Assembly: GCA_035253645.1 (NCBI GenBank)
Contig: DATFBW010000257.1
Coordinates: forward strand, 1 to 63,919
DNA from: Gemmatimonadaceae bacterium
Lineage (GTDB): Bacteria; Gemmatimonadota; Gemmatimonadetes; Gemmatimonadales; Gemmatimonadaceae
Direction of reading: 5' to 3'
DNA length: 63,919 nucleotides
How positions within the stretch are numbered: position 1 is the first letter of the stretch; each line of letters starts with the position of its first letter. Below are positions 55,282 through 63,830 of the stretch, one piece after another. The translations under genes and the position numbers were made by a program. A model generated the notes under the pieces. It searched no databases. It was not told the origin of the DNA and saw only the letters and a program-made list of their open reading frames with translations.

Positions 55282-56402
55282 CGACGCCGCTGACCACGCC
55301 AGTGTGCTCGGTGGTGATGCCGGCCCACGGAGCGGGCCGGTACCTCCCGGAAACGTTAGGTGCGCTCGTCGCGAGTGACCTTCCGCGCGAGTCGTGGGAG
55401 CTCATTGTCGTTGATGACGGCTCCCTTGACGAAACCGCGGCGGTGGCTGGGCGCTTTGCCGATACGGTGATCCGCCTTCCGGGCCGGCCGCACGGCCCGG
55501 CCTACGCTCGTAACCGTGGCTTCGAGGTGGCGCGCGGTCCGGTGGTTGTGTTTTTCGACGCGGACGTCGTGGTGCATCGGGATACGCTCCGCCGCCTGCT
55601 CGACGCGCTCGCGGCCAATCCGGATGCCGGGGCGATTTTTGGCGCGTATGACACGACACCGCGCGCCCCGGGGTTGGTATCGCAGTATCGGAATCTCATC
55701 CATCACTACGTGCATATGCGCGGGGCGGGCGAGGTAGACACGTTCTGGGCAGGAGCGGGTGCCGTACGGCGCGACGTCTTCGAGGAAGCCGGAATGTATG
55801 ACGAGTGGCACTACGCCCGGCCGCAGATCGAGGACATCGAGCTCGGGGCGCGGATTCGCGCGTTAGGCAAGCGCATCCTGCTCATGCCGCACATTCAGGT
55901 GACCCACCTCAAGAAATGGTCGCTTGGAAACGTCGTGCGCACGGATTTGCGGGATCGAGGGATACCCTGGGCGCGTTTGCTCGCGCAGCGCGGCGCGGCT
56001 CTCAGCGCCAAATCCCTGAACCTCAGGTGGACCGAACGGCTCTTCACAGCACTTGTTTGGTTAGCCAGCTTGCTCATCATTCTGGCCGTCATCACAACCA
56101 CGCCGTGGCTGATCGCCCTCGCTGTGGTGTTGGTGATACCTGTCATCGCGCTCAATTGGTCGCTGTGGAGTTATATGGCGCGCTTGCGCGGCATCTTCTT
56201 CGCCATCGCGATTATCCCGCTCCACTTGATGTACTATGCGCTCAACGGCATTTCGTTTTTGCTCGGTCTGCTGCTCCAGCAAACCGTGGGTGCTCCCGTT
56301 CCAGACCCGACGACCGCGGCGTATGCCGAGGTCGGCGTGCAGCGCTGGCCACCTATTCCCCGGCGCCATCGACGCAGCACGTGGGTCGAATCGGATGACT
56401 AG
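55278..56402 (+). CDS. GT2 glycosyltransferase with C-terminal TM helices
   Basis: CSVVMPAHGAGRYL, LIVVDDGSLDET and FFDADVVVH, with three or more C-terminal TM segments. ATGA overlap with the upstream gene. Confidence 0.8.
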   Translation: MTTPLTTPVCSVVMPAHGAGRYLPETLGALVASDLPRESWELIVVDDGSLDETAAVAGRFADTVIRLPGRPHGPAYARNRGFEVARGPVVVFFDADVVVHRDTLRRLLDALAANPDAGAIFGAYDTTPRAPGLVSQYRNLIHHYVHMRGAGEVDTFWAGAGAVRRDVFEEAGMYDEWHYARPQIEDIELGARIRALGKRILLMPHIQVTHLKKWSLGNVVRTDLRDRGIPWARLLAQRGAALSAKSLNLRWTERLFTALVWLASLLIILAVITTTPWLIALAVVLVIPVIALNWSLWSYMARLRGIFFAIAIIPLHLMYYALNGISFLLGLLLQQTVGAPVPDPTTAAYAEVGVQRWPPIPRRHRRSTWVESDD

Positions 56403-56420
56403 TCGGTCTCGGAGGTCGCT

Positions 56421-56822
56421 ATGACTATGCCGAAGCTCGTCGAGCCCGGCGAGAAGATTCAGGAAGTGGACGAAGCGAGCCTGACGGAAGCCCTCGAACT
56501 GGCGTTCGCTCCGCTCAACAAACTCGCTTTCGGCGTCGCGCTGGGTTGCGCGGGTGCGCTCTCGATGGTGCTTGTCACTGTCGCCGTCCTCGTTACAGAC
56601 CGGGCGCAGGAGTTCCCGTTAGGCCTGCTTGGCCAATACCTGGCCGGTTATACAGTATCCTGGCCTGGCGTCCTCATCGGGGCCGGTTGGGGCTTCGCGG
56701 TGGCATTTGTCGCGGGTTGGTTTTTCGCGTTTTGCCGCAACGCCGCGCTCGCAATCACTGCATTCGCCATTCGGACCCGGGCGGAGCTGCTGCAAACGCG
56801 CGACTTTCTCGATCACATTTAG
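56421..56822 (+). CDS. Small two-TM membrane protein (133 aa), paralogue of the next gene
   Basis: GGAGG 6 nt upstream of the ATG. TM1 is LAFGVALGCAGALSMVLVTVAVLV and TM2 is GVLIGAGWGFAVAFVAGWFFAF. Confidence 0.45.
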   Translation: MTMPKLVEPGEKIQEVDEASLTEALELAFAPLNKLAFGVALGCAGALSMVLVTVAVLVTDRAQEFPLGLLGQYLAGYTVSWPGVLIGAGWGFAVAFVAGWFFAFCRNAALAITAFAIRTRAELLQTRDFLDHI

Positions 56823-56834
56823 CGACCGACTGCC

Positions 56835-57140
56835 ATGACCAACGGACTTACCGGCCGCGACGTCAATGTGCGTCGTGCATTGCTTCGCCTGAATGCGCGC
56901 GCGTGGGGGATCGCCTGCGGGTTGTTGTTAGGCGGCGGTCTCTTTCTCGCCACGAACTGGCTGGTGGTCAAGAGCGGGCCCAATCCAGGTCAGCACCTGC
57001 AGCTCCTCAAAGCATTCTTCCCCGGGTATCGTGTCACGTTCGTCGGAAGCTTGATCGGGTTCGTGTACGCGTTCGTGATCGGTTACGCCTTAGGCCGGCT
57101 CATCGGCGAGGTCTACAACCGCCTGACGCCCGACCACTGA
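56835..57140 (+). CDS. Small two-TM membrane protein (101 aa), paralogue of the previous gene
   Basis: Same layout. The loop and TM2 region LLKAFFPGYRVTFVGSLIGFVYAFVIGYALGR aligns with LLGQYLAGYTVSWPGVLIGAGWGFAVAFVAGW. Confidence 0.45.
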   Translation: MTNGLTGRDVNVRRALLRLNARAWGIACGLLLGGGLFLATNWLVVKSGPNPGQHLQLLKAFFPGYRVTFVGSLIGFVYAFVIGYALGRLIGEVYNRLTPDH

Positions 57141-57144
57141 TCCG

Positions 57145-58248
57145 GTGGGAGACACGTTTCGCGTTGGAATCGTCGGTCTCGGAAACGCGGCGCAATCGCT
57201 GCACCTGCCGGCACTCAAAGGCATCCCGAACGTAACAATCGTCGGCGGAGTGGACTCCGACCCGCAGCGGAGGCACGACGCGTCGGCGCGCTGGCGCCTA
57301 ACGAGCTACGAGGACGTCAGCCAGCTCATGACGTCCGCGAGTCCCGACGTCGTGATCGTGTGCACACCGCCCGAAACACACGTCACTGTAGGCAGCGCCG
57401 CGCTCGAGCTGGGTGCCCATCTGATTTGCGAGAAGCCTATCGCCCCGTCTGTCGCCGAGGCGGAGCGCCTGCTCGACGCCGCACGACGTTCAGGACGCCG
57501 CATCGCGATGAATCACGAGTTCCGCGAGATGCCCGCCTTTCGCGCGGTGCGTGATGCGATCGGCGCCGATGCCAGCGGTCTGGTGTTCGCCCAAGCCTGG
57601 CAGCTCATGAACCTTCCGCCGTGGGCGGAGCCCGGGTGGCGCGGCCAGCTCATGAAGGGCGTGTTATACGAAGCCGGCATCCACCTCGTGGATTATCTCG
57701 TCGCGCTGTTCGGGGCGCAGCCGCGCAGCGTGAACGCAACCATGTCAACGTGCGGCGTTAGGGATGACGACACGGATGCCGTTGCCGTCGTGACGCTCGA
57801 GTTTCCGTCCGGGGCGCTCGGGCAGATCGTGCAGCATCGACTTTGTCCCGGGGAGACGCAGTACTTCGAGGTGCGCGCCGATACTCGTAAGGCATCGTAC
57901 CGTGTCTCGTACGGTGGCCGTGCGCGCGTGAGCGCGGGGTTGTTGCGGAGCACCGCGCCTCATGTACGGTTCGAGCTTGGCGCGAGCGGTCTGGCGTGGC
58001 GCGAAACGGGCCCCAAGCGCACGATCATCGGCCGCAACCCCAAGGACGCGCCGATGGTCGCGACGCGGCTCTTGTTGGAGCGCACATTCGAAGCCTTCCG
58101 GCGCGGGTCGCCGGCTCCTGCGTCGGGCGAAGATGGTCGCGATGCCGTGCGCGTGGTTGCCGCGAGTTATGTCTCGGCCCGAGAAGGAAGGCGCGTTGAT
58201 ATGGCCGGGCACAAGGAAATAGAGCGCCTAACGATGGTGGCGTCCTGA
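57145..58248 (+). CDS. Gfo/Idh/MocA family NAD(P)-dependent oxidoreductase
   Basis: FRVGIVGLGNAAQSLHLPAL N-terminal Rossmann motif and EKPIA. Confidence 0.85.
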   Translation: MGDTFRVGIVGLGNAAQSLHLPALKGIPNVTIVGGVDSDPQRRHDASARWRLTSYEDVSQLMTSASPDVVIVCTPPETHVTVGSAALELGAHLICEKPIAPSVAEAERLLDAARRSGRRIAMNHEFREMPAFRAVRDAIGADASGLVFAQAWQLMNLPPWAEPGWRGQLMKGVLYEAGIHLVDYLVALFGAQPRSVNATMSTCGVRDDDTDAVAVVTLEFPSGALGQIVQHRLCPGETQYFEVRADTRKASYRVSYGGRARVSAGLLRSTAPHVRFELGASGLAWRETGPKRTIIGRNPKDAPMVATRLLLERTFEAFRRGSPAPASGEDGRDAVRVVAASYVSAREGRRVDMAGHKEIERLTMVAS

Positions 58249-58257
58249 CATAAACGT

Positions 58258-58319
58258 AGCTGTCAGCTGCTGCCAGCTTTAGCTGGCGTCGGATAGCTGA
58301 CAGCTTCTGTTTGTCTTTT
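58258..58319. terminator. Rho-independent (bidirectional) terminator
   Basis: AGCTGTCAGC ... GCTGACAGCT outer stem with an inner CCAGCT-tt-AGCTGG hairpin, followed by TTCTGTTTGTCTTTTTTT. Confidence 0.65.
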
Positions 58320-59138
58320 TTACCAGCCGCGATATTTGAGAAGGACGGCGGGTACCGTTCGCACCATGATCCGCAGATCGAGCAGAAGACTCTGTCTCCG
58401 CAGATAATCCAGATCGAAGCTTACCTTGCTGCGCACGTCATCGAGACACGCGTCATACTGCTGGTTGATCTGCGCGAGACCCGTTAGGCCGGGGCGCACG
58501 CGATGACGCGATCCGTAGTCCGGGATATCGCGCTGGAGTCGCGCGACGATGCTGGGACGCTCGGGCCGCGGCCCCACGATGTTCATGTCGCCGCGCAGGA
58601 TATTCCACAGCTGCGGCAGCTCGTCGAGGCGCAGCACGCGCAGGTACCTGCCTAACGGCGTCACGCGCGGGTCATTTTCCTTGGCCCATACGGCGCCGGA
58701 TTTGGCTTCGGCGTCGACGCGCATCGTGCGGAACTTGTAGATCGTGAAGACGGCGCCACCGAGGTCGCGCACGCGCCGATCGTGCATTGCCAACGTTTGG
58801 CGCCAGCGACGGTCGAGGCCGACGCGCGTTTGTGCATAAAGGATCGGACCGCGCGAGGTGAGCTTGATGATGATGCCGATAACGAGCAGCAACGGCGCCG
58901 TGATCAACAGGCCCAGCGCGGCGAGCACAACGTTAAGCGTGCGATTCAACGCCTCAGCCCGTACGCGCGGAACAACGCCCTGAGGAACTGGTTCTTTGGA
59001 CGCGTCGTACGTGACAATGCGCTCGAACGGTATAGTCGCGTCAGGCGTTGTGCGGCGCGCCCGGCGTGGCAAAACAGGACCGTTCAACGCGGACGTCAGC
59101 GCGCGCTCTTCGGCCGGCGTCAAGCTAAGACCTGACAT
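58320..59138 (-). CDS. Polyprenyl-phosphate sugar-1-phosphate transferase (bacterial sugar transferase, WbaP/EpsB type), initiating enzyme
   Basis: LYAQTRVG, YKFRTM, DELPQLWNILRGDMNIVGPRPERP and GLTGLAQI. Confidence 0.9.
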   Translation of the reverse strand: MSGLSLTPAEERALTSALNGPVLPRRARRTTPDATIPFERIVTYDASKEPVPQGVVPRVRAEALNRTLNVVLAALGLLITAPLLLVIGIIIKLTSRGPILYAQTRVGLDRRWRQTLAMHDRRVRDLGGAVFTIYKFRTMRVDAEAKSGAVWAKENDPRVTPLGRYLRVLRLDELPQLWNILRGDMNIVGPRPERPSIVARLQRDIPDYGSRHRVRPGLTGLAQINQQYDACLDDVRSKVSFDLDYLRRQSLLLDLRIMVRTVPAVLLKYRGW

Positions 59139-59162
59139 AATTGACGATCACGACGTACGCTC

Positions 59163-59951
59163 TCAATTGCGTACTGCGATCCACCGAACGGTGAACAACA
59201 ACGTTGTAACGATGGGCAAGATGGTCCAAAATCGGTTTGTCTGTGCTGTGAATTTCTCGGCAATACGCAATTCGTCGCCGTCCCGAAGCCCCAGATCGCC
59301 TATTGTTTTGCCTGTGCGCAATGCGCGTGCCGTAGCACCCCGATCGACAAGTACGCGCGTGCCACGTCGAATCTCTGCTTTGTTCATTTCGGAATTCTGC
59401 CCAGGTCCACCGACAGACATGATTGCATCGGACAACGTCTGGTCGGTTTCAAATTGATACCAGCCGGGCTGGGCTATTCCACCACTCAGTTGAAGCCTAA
59501 CGAGTGGTGTCGCGCTCACATCGGGATCGCGGATGTACTTCGCGATGTGGGTCTTGAGATGGCCGAGCAGCTCCGAATCGAGGACGCCCGCAAGCGAGAG
59601 CTGGGGAAGCGTTCCGAAATCGATCATGCGTCCCTGTTTGACCGTGAACGTGTCGCTGACGGTCGTGTCGTTGAGCACGCGAATCACAATCCGATCGCCG
59701 GGATAGAAGTCGCCGGTTCGCAGGCGCTCACGAACTGCCGCCGCGTCGCTCATCGCCTGTTCCTTGACACGTTTGTCCGTCGTGCTCGCCGCCAGCCTTT
59801 CATAGCTCGTGAGCGTCGATTCGAGTTCGGCTCGCGTCATCTGACGCCGAAGCTCGCCATAACTAGGCTGGGCGCCGACGGGCCCCACTGCCAGAGCAGT
59901 TAGCAGCAGCCCGGTCACATACCGGGCGATCAGATTCGTACGCATAGACAT
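59163..59951 (-). CDS. Polysaccharide export protein (Wza/Poly_export plus SLBB domains)
   Basis: Signal peptide, YPGDRIVIRV...DTFTVKQGRMIDFGTLPQLSLAGV, and a second SLBB-like GDELRI. Confidence 0.8.
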   Translation of the reverse strand: MSMRTNLIARYVTGLLLTALAVGPVGAQPSYGELRRQMTRAELESTLTSYERLAASTTDKRVKEQAMSDAAAVRERLRTGDFYPGDRIVIRVLNDTTVSDTFTVKQGRMIDFGTLPQLSLAGVLDSELLGHLKTHIAKYIRDPDVSATPLVRLQLSGGIAQPGWYQFETDQTLSDAIMSVGGPGQNSEMNKAEIRRGTRVLVDRGATARALRTGKTIGDLGLRDGDELRIAEKFTAQTNRFWTILPIVTTLLFTVRWIAVRN

Positions 59952-60473
59952 AACTGGCTCTGAGAGTTTCGTGCCGCTCCGGTGCGTATGCTGATTACAG
60001 AGCAGGAGCGGCGGAAGGTGTGAAAAAGCAAATCTTTAGGGCGGTGTCGCCCGTCACGCAAGCGAAATTCGTACACCACATTAGCCCCATGGTCTGTTGC
60101 ACCTAACCAACAAAAACGGCGCCAAGTCATCTGTCACTTTGCGGCAGATCAGCAGTCAAGGACTTTGTGCGTCATGCCATCGTCACCAAAGACACACACC
60201 TGGGTTTAGCCCCTTGTGAATGCCTCCGCTGTGCGACACAGGCTCCACGGCTGCAACGTGTTACAGATCTCATGCACAACTGTAGGTCATCCGTTGCTGC
60301 GCGACCTTTTCGCGATCTGCCGTTCAGCGAGCTCGTGAGAACAGTCACAATAGCGGGCCTAACGCGAACTGTCACCTCGACGCTGGGCTGTAGGCCATGG
60401 CCCCAGCATGACTTGTGCGTCGTCCGATGGTCCCTGGGTGCCGTGGGGTGCGCCTGGGATTGCAGACCTTAGA

Positions 60474-61451
60474 ATGACCATAGACAGCTCGTTGGCGTCT
60501 GCGGGGACGCCGGCGCCTCCGCCTCCGTTAGTGCTTGTCGCGAACGACCAGGAGTGGTCGGCGCGGACGCTGGAAAGCGTCCTGGGCCAGGCCGGCTTCG
60601 CGGTCGTACGGGCGTATACCGGTCGTCAGGCGGTGGATGTGGCCCGCAGGACGCATCCCGACGCGGTGATCCTCGATATTGGGATGCCCGACATCGGCGG
60701 AATCGAGGTCTGTCAGCTACTGCGCTCCGAAGTGGGTCTCTCGCAGAGCACTCCCATCGTTATGACAACGTCAGGCCCTGCCTCTCGCGCGCTGCGGCTC
60801 GACGCGCTCCGCGCTGGTGCCTGGGAGCTGCTCAGTGAGCCTATCGACAGCGAAGCACTTCTGCTCAAGATGGGCGCTTTTGTTCAGAGCAAACGCGAGA
60901 TCGATCGCGTGCGCGACAGCGCCGTTATCGATCCTGTTACTGGCCTTTATAACGTCCGGGGTCTGGCGCGTCGGGCGAAAGAGATTGGCGCTGACGCCGC
61001 GCGTCGCCATGCTGCGCTCGCGTGCGTTGTCGTGTCACCATCAAACGAGATCCCCGAATCGACGCTGACCGATCATGAGAACGTGTCGCGCGTCGTTGCG
61101 TATCTCAGCGAGATCTGCCGGGAAGCAACGCGCACGTCCGACGCGGTGGGCCATCTCGGGCACCTCGAGTTCGCGATCATTGCTCCCGCGAGCGACATGG
61201 CGGGCGCGCTGAGAATCGTAGAGCGGATTCAGGCAGCCGTGAACACGCGCCCGCTGATGATCGCCGGAGAGTACCGTCAGCTGCGCGTCCGCGCGGGTTA
61301 TAGCGCTGTCGCCGATTTCGCCGAAGCGACTGTGGATGCGGTGGAGATGATGTTGCGCGCGGCAACGGCGCTGAAACACGCGCGCCCGGCCGAAGGGAAA
61401 GAACTGACAGTCGCCGCTTTTGAAGATGTTGCGGTAAGGACCGTCAAATAA
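60474..61451 (+). CDS. Response regulator: REC domain plus degenerate GGDEF domain
   Basis: LVLVANDQ...AVILDIGMPDIGG (phospho-acceptor Asp context). DPVTGLYNVRGL begins the GGDEF fold, but the active-site GGDEF is replaced by GHLEF. An alternative ATG lies at 60408. Confidence 0.7.
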   Translation: MTIDSSLASAGTPAPPPPLVLVANDQEWSARTLESVLGQAGFAVVRAYTGRQAVDVARRTHPDAVILDIGMPDIGGIEVCQLLRSEVGLSQSTPIVMTTSGPASRALRLDALRAGAWELLSEPIDSEALLLKMGAFVQSKREIDRVRDSAVIDPVTGLYNVRGLARRAKEIGADAARRHAALACVVVSPSNEIPESTLTDHENVSRVVAYLSEICREATRTSDAVGHLGHLEFAIIAPASDMAGALRIVERIQAAVNTRPLMIAGEYRQLRVRAGYSAVADFAEATVDAVEMMLRAATALKHARPAEGKELTVAAFEDVAVRTVK

Positions 61452-61525
61452 AGGAGCGAGGGGCAGGGAGCGAGGAGCAGGGGAAGCGTTAGGTTCGCTC
61501 CCCAATCCCCGCTCCTATTCTTTTG
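61452..61525. terminator. GC-rich hairpin between convergent genes (probable bidirectional terminator)
   Basis: GGAGCGAGGGG...GGGGAAGCG-ttaggtt-CGCTCCCC...CCCCGCTCC followed by TATTCTTTT. The loop carries a CGTTAGGT motif variant. Confidence 0.5.
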
Positions 61526-63830
61526 CAGCTCCGATCAACCCTGTTCCCTCTTCCTCGACAGGGGCGTACTCGTACCCGAGGTACGAGTAGTACCGATACG
61601 TCGCATCGTTGCCGACGTCGTTGAGCACGGTGCCGATGAGACGCACCGGGAGTCGATCGATCGTTCCGAGCTTCGCCTGCGCGAGTTTCGTGTCGGTTTC
61701 GCCGGCACGGAGCACGATGAGCATCGCACCAGATGCCGCGCCTAACGCGTACGGATCGATCCCGGCGGCCAGCGGCGCGGAATCGATGATGACGGCGTCG
61801 AACTGCGTGCGCAGCTCCGCGACGAGGCGCTGCATGGCCTCCGAGGCGAGCAGCTCGGGACCTTGCCGGCGGCGCGAACCGCACGGAATGACGCACAGGT
61901 TCGCATGTGTGGTCTCACGCACGACCTCGGCCAGCGTCGCCTCACCGGCGAGGTGCTCGACGAGCCCCGGCGTCTGACTGCACTCGACAAGCGGCTTCGT
62001 CTCGTGCAGCCGCCCTCGCCGGATGTCGCCGTCGACGAGGATCGTGCGGAAGCCCGCCTCCGCCATCACCATCGACAGGTTGAGCGAGATGAAGGACTTG
62101 CCATCCCCAGGCCCGGGGCTCGAGATCGTGAACGCGACGGGCTCGTTCGGCGGGAAGGCGCTGCGGACGCTCAGGCCTAACGAACGAAACGCCTCCATGA
62201 GCTGCGACCACTCTTCGAGCCGCGCCGCCGAATTCTTGGGATTCCGGAATGACGGGATCGCACCGAGGATATCCAAACCGAGCTCGCCGACCGCCTGCTC
62301 GGGATAGCGGAAGCGCTTGTCCAGGCGGTCGAGCACCAACGCCAGGAAGATGCCCGCGCCTAACGAGGCCGCGACGGCGATCAGAAAGAGCGCCTGCGCC
62401 GTATCGGTCTGCGGCCGCCCCGGCGGTACGGCGCGCTCGAGCACCGAGACGTCGGGTTGCACGCTGGCCTCCGCCAACTTCGCGGCGATCGTGCGGCTGT
62501 GGAGCTCGTTATAAACCTGCACCGCAACCTGGTAGTTGCGGTTCAGGCGATCTTCTTCGATCGACCGCGTGGGGATCTGTTCCAGCTCCTTCCCCGCGGA
62601 GCGGACGCGCAGCGACAGGTCCCGTTCACGCGACCGCAGCTGATTGAGCGAAATCGTCGCGAGTGTGGGAATGTCCTGCGTTTCCAGCTGCCGGATAGTC
62701 TTGCGCAGGTTGATGATGACGCTATGGGAATCGGTCTTGGTTTGCTGCTCGACGCGCAGCTTATTGCGGTACGTGTCAAGATCGGTGATCGCAACCGTGA
62801 GATTAGGGTTGCTGGCCACGAGGCTCGGAATGAGACGCAGTTTCTCGATCCAGCCGGTGCCGCCAGCACGTCGCTCGGCGAGCACTTCCTCGACAAGCTC
62901 ACGGTCCTGCTTGATGCCGCCTAACGTCATCCGGTCGCCGAAATACGACGCGAACACAGGGTTTTGCGCGATCTGCACGCCCGGCGCGACCGGAATGTTG
63001 TCGGACGGCAGAGTGATCGTGCGGATGCGATAGCCTTCGAGCAACTTGGCCGTCGTCGCGAGGTCGCGGGCAGCCGACTGACGCTGTTCCTCCAAGGTCT
63101 TGTAGCTCTGCGTGAGATCGGCCTTCTTGAGTCTTGTCGCGGCTTCCAGGAATACGTCCAGAATTGTGTTCATCGTGCTCGCGAGGAACACGGGCTCGGT
63201 CCCTTGCAGCATCAACCGCATCAAGTTGCTGGTCTCGGGCAAGATGACCGTGAGTTGGCGCAGGATGCGCCCCGACGCCTCGCGCGGGACAACGAGGTTG
63301 AAGTTCAGCGGCCGGTCGCTGGGCATGGCCGTCCAGTTAGGCACCCACGCAACCCCGATCGTGCGTCCGACGGAATCACCCACGATTCCTTGCTCGATGA
63401 CTCTGTTCACACCTTCGCCCCGCGGCCCCTCGATACGCGTGAGCACGTACTTCATGTTCTCCCTGCTCAGCTGATAGGCACCAGGGATCAGCGTGTCGGT
63501 CGGCTGCATCCCCCGCAGCACAACCGTGTCGCGCACGTGCTCGGGTGTGGCGAACAATGCGAGCCTAACGACAACCGAATCCAGCACGGCCTGACTCATA
63601 ACGAGGTCGGCCCAGCTCAGATTCGTCGATACCAGACCCGGTGGCTGAATCGGCCCCGACTGGCTGCCCGTCTTCTCGCGGATCCAAACACTCGAGTTCA
63701 CCTGGAACTTGGGCGGGATCATTTGCGTGAGCCCGAAACCACCTGCGCTCCCGAATAACGTCGTCGCGAGAATCAGCCACTTGTATCGCTTGAGCGCCGC
63801 GATGGACCGCTGTAGTGCGTTGCCCAGCAT
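61515..63830 (-). CDS. Polysaccharide co-polymerase / tyrosine autokinase (Wzc/GumC type)
   Basis: N-terminal Wzz chain-length domain with 2 TM helices. Walker A SSPGPGDGKS. C-terminal Tyr-rich tail YRYYSYLGYEY. Confidence 0.9.
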   Translation of the reverse strand: MLGNALQRSIAALKRYKWLILATTLFGSAGGFGLTQMIPPKFQVNSSVWIREKTGSQSGPIQPPGLVSTNLSWADLVMSQAVLDSVVVRLALFATPEHVRDTVVLRGMQPTDTLIPGAYQLSRENMKYVLTRIEGPRGEGVNRVIEQGIVGDSVGRTIGVAWVPNWTAMPSDRPLNFNLVVPREASGRILRQLTVILPETSNLMRLMLQGTEPVFLASTMNTILDVFLEAATRLKKADLTQSYKTLEEQRQSAARDLATTAKLLEGYRIRTITLPSDNIPVAPGVQIAQNPVFASYFGDRMTLGGIKQDRELVEEVLAERRAGGTGWIEKLRLIPSLVASNPNLTVAITDLDTYRNKLRVEQQTKTDSHSVIINLRKTIRQLETQDIPTLATISLNQLRSRERDLSLRVRSAGKELEQIPTRSIEEDRLNRNYQVAVQVYNELHSRTIAAKLAEASVQPDVSVLERAVPPGRPQTDTAQALFLIAVAASLGAGIFLALVLDRLDKRFRYPEQAVGELGLDILGAIPSFRNPKNSAARLEEWSQLMEAFRSLGLSVRSAFPPNEPVAFTISSPGPGDGKSFISLNLSMVMAEAGFRTILVDGDIRRGRLHETKPLVECSQTPGLVEHLAGEATLAEVVRETTHANLCVIPCGSRRRQGPELLASEAMQRLVAELRTQFDAVIIDSAPLAAGIDPYALGAASGAMLIVLRAGETDTKLAQAKLGTIDRLPVRLIGTVLNDVGNDATYRYYSYLGYEYAPVEEEGTGLIGAAKE

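Larger units (their letters stand above)
454..63570. repeat. Dispersed hyper-abundant octamer CGTTAGGC / GCCTAACG (about 83 exact copies and about 48 one-flank variants)
   Basis: Hand scan of the whole window; the positions are listed in the first finding. Confidence 0.85.

Noticed and set aside
454-63570. The octamer as a by-product of a favoured Leu-Gly dipeptide or of codon usage.
   Set aside because: The same word appears in four different coding frames on both strands, encoding different dipeptides with otherwise rare codons. It also appears as stop codons and in non-coding DNA.
454-63570. Regular spacing, a strand switch or an encoded pattern in the octamer positions.
   Set aside because: Inter-site distances range irregularly from about 60 to about 2500 nt. 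Plus-strand orientations are mixed (37 against 46 exact copies). A modest excess of GTTAGG on the coding strand (about 78 against 46 genic cores) may just reflect codon constraints.
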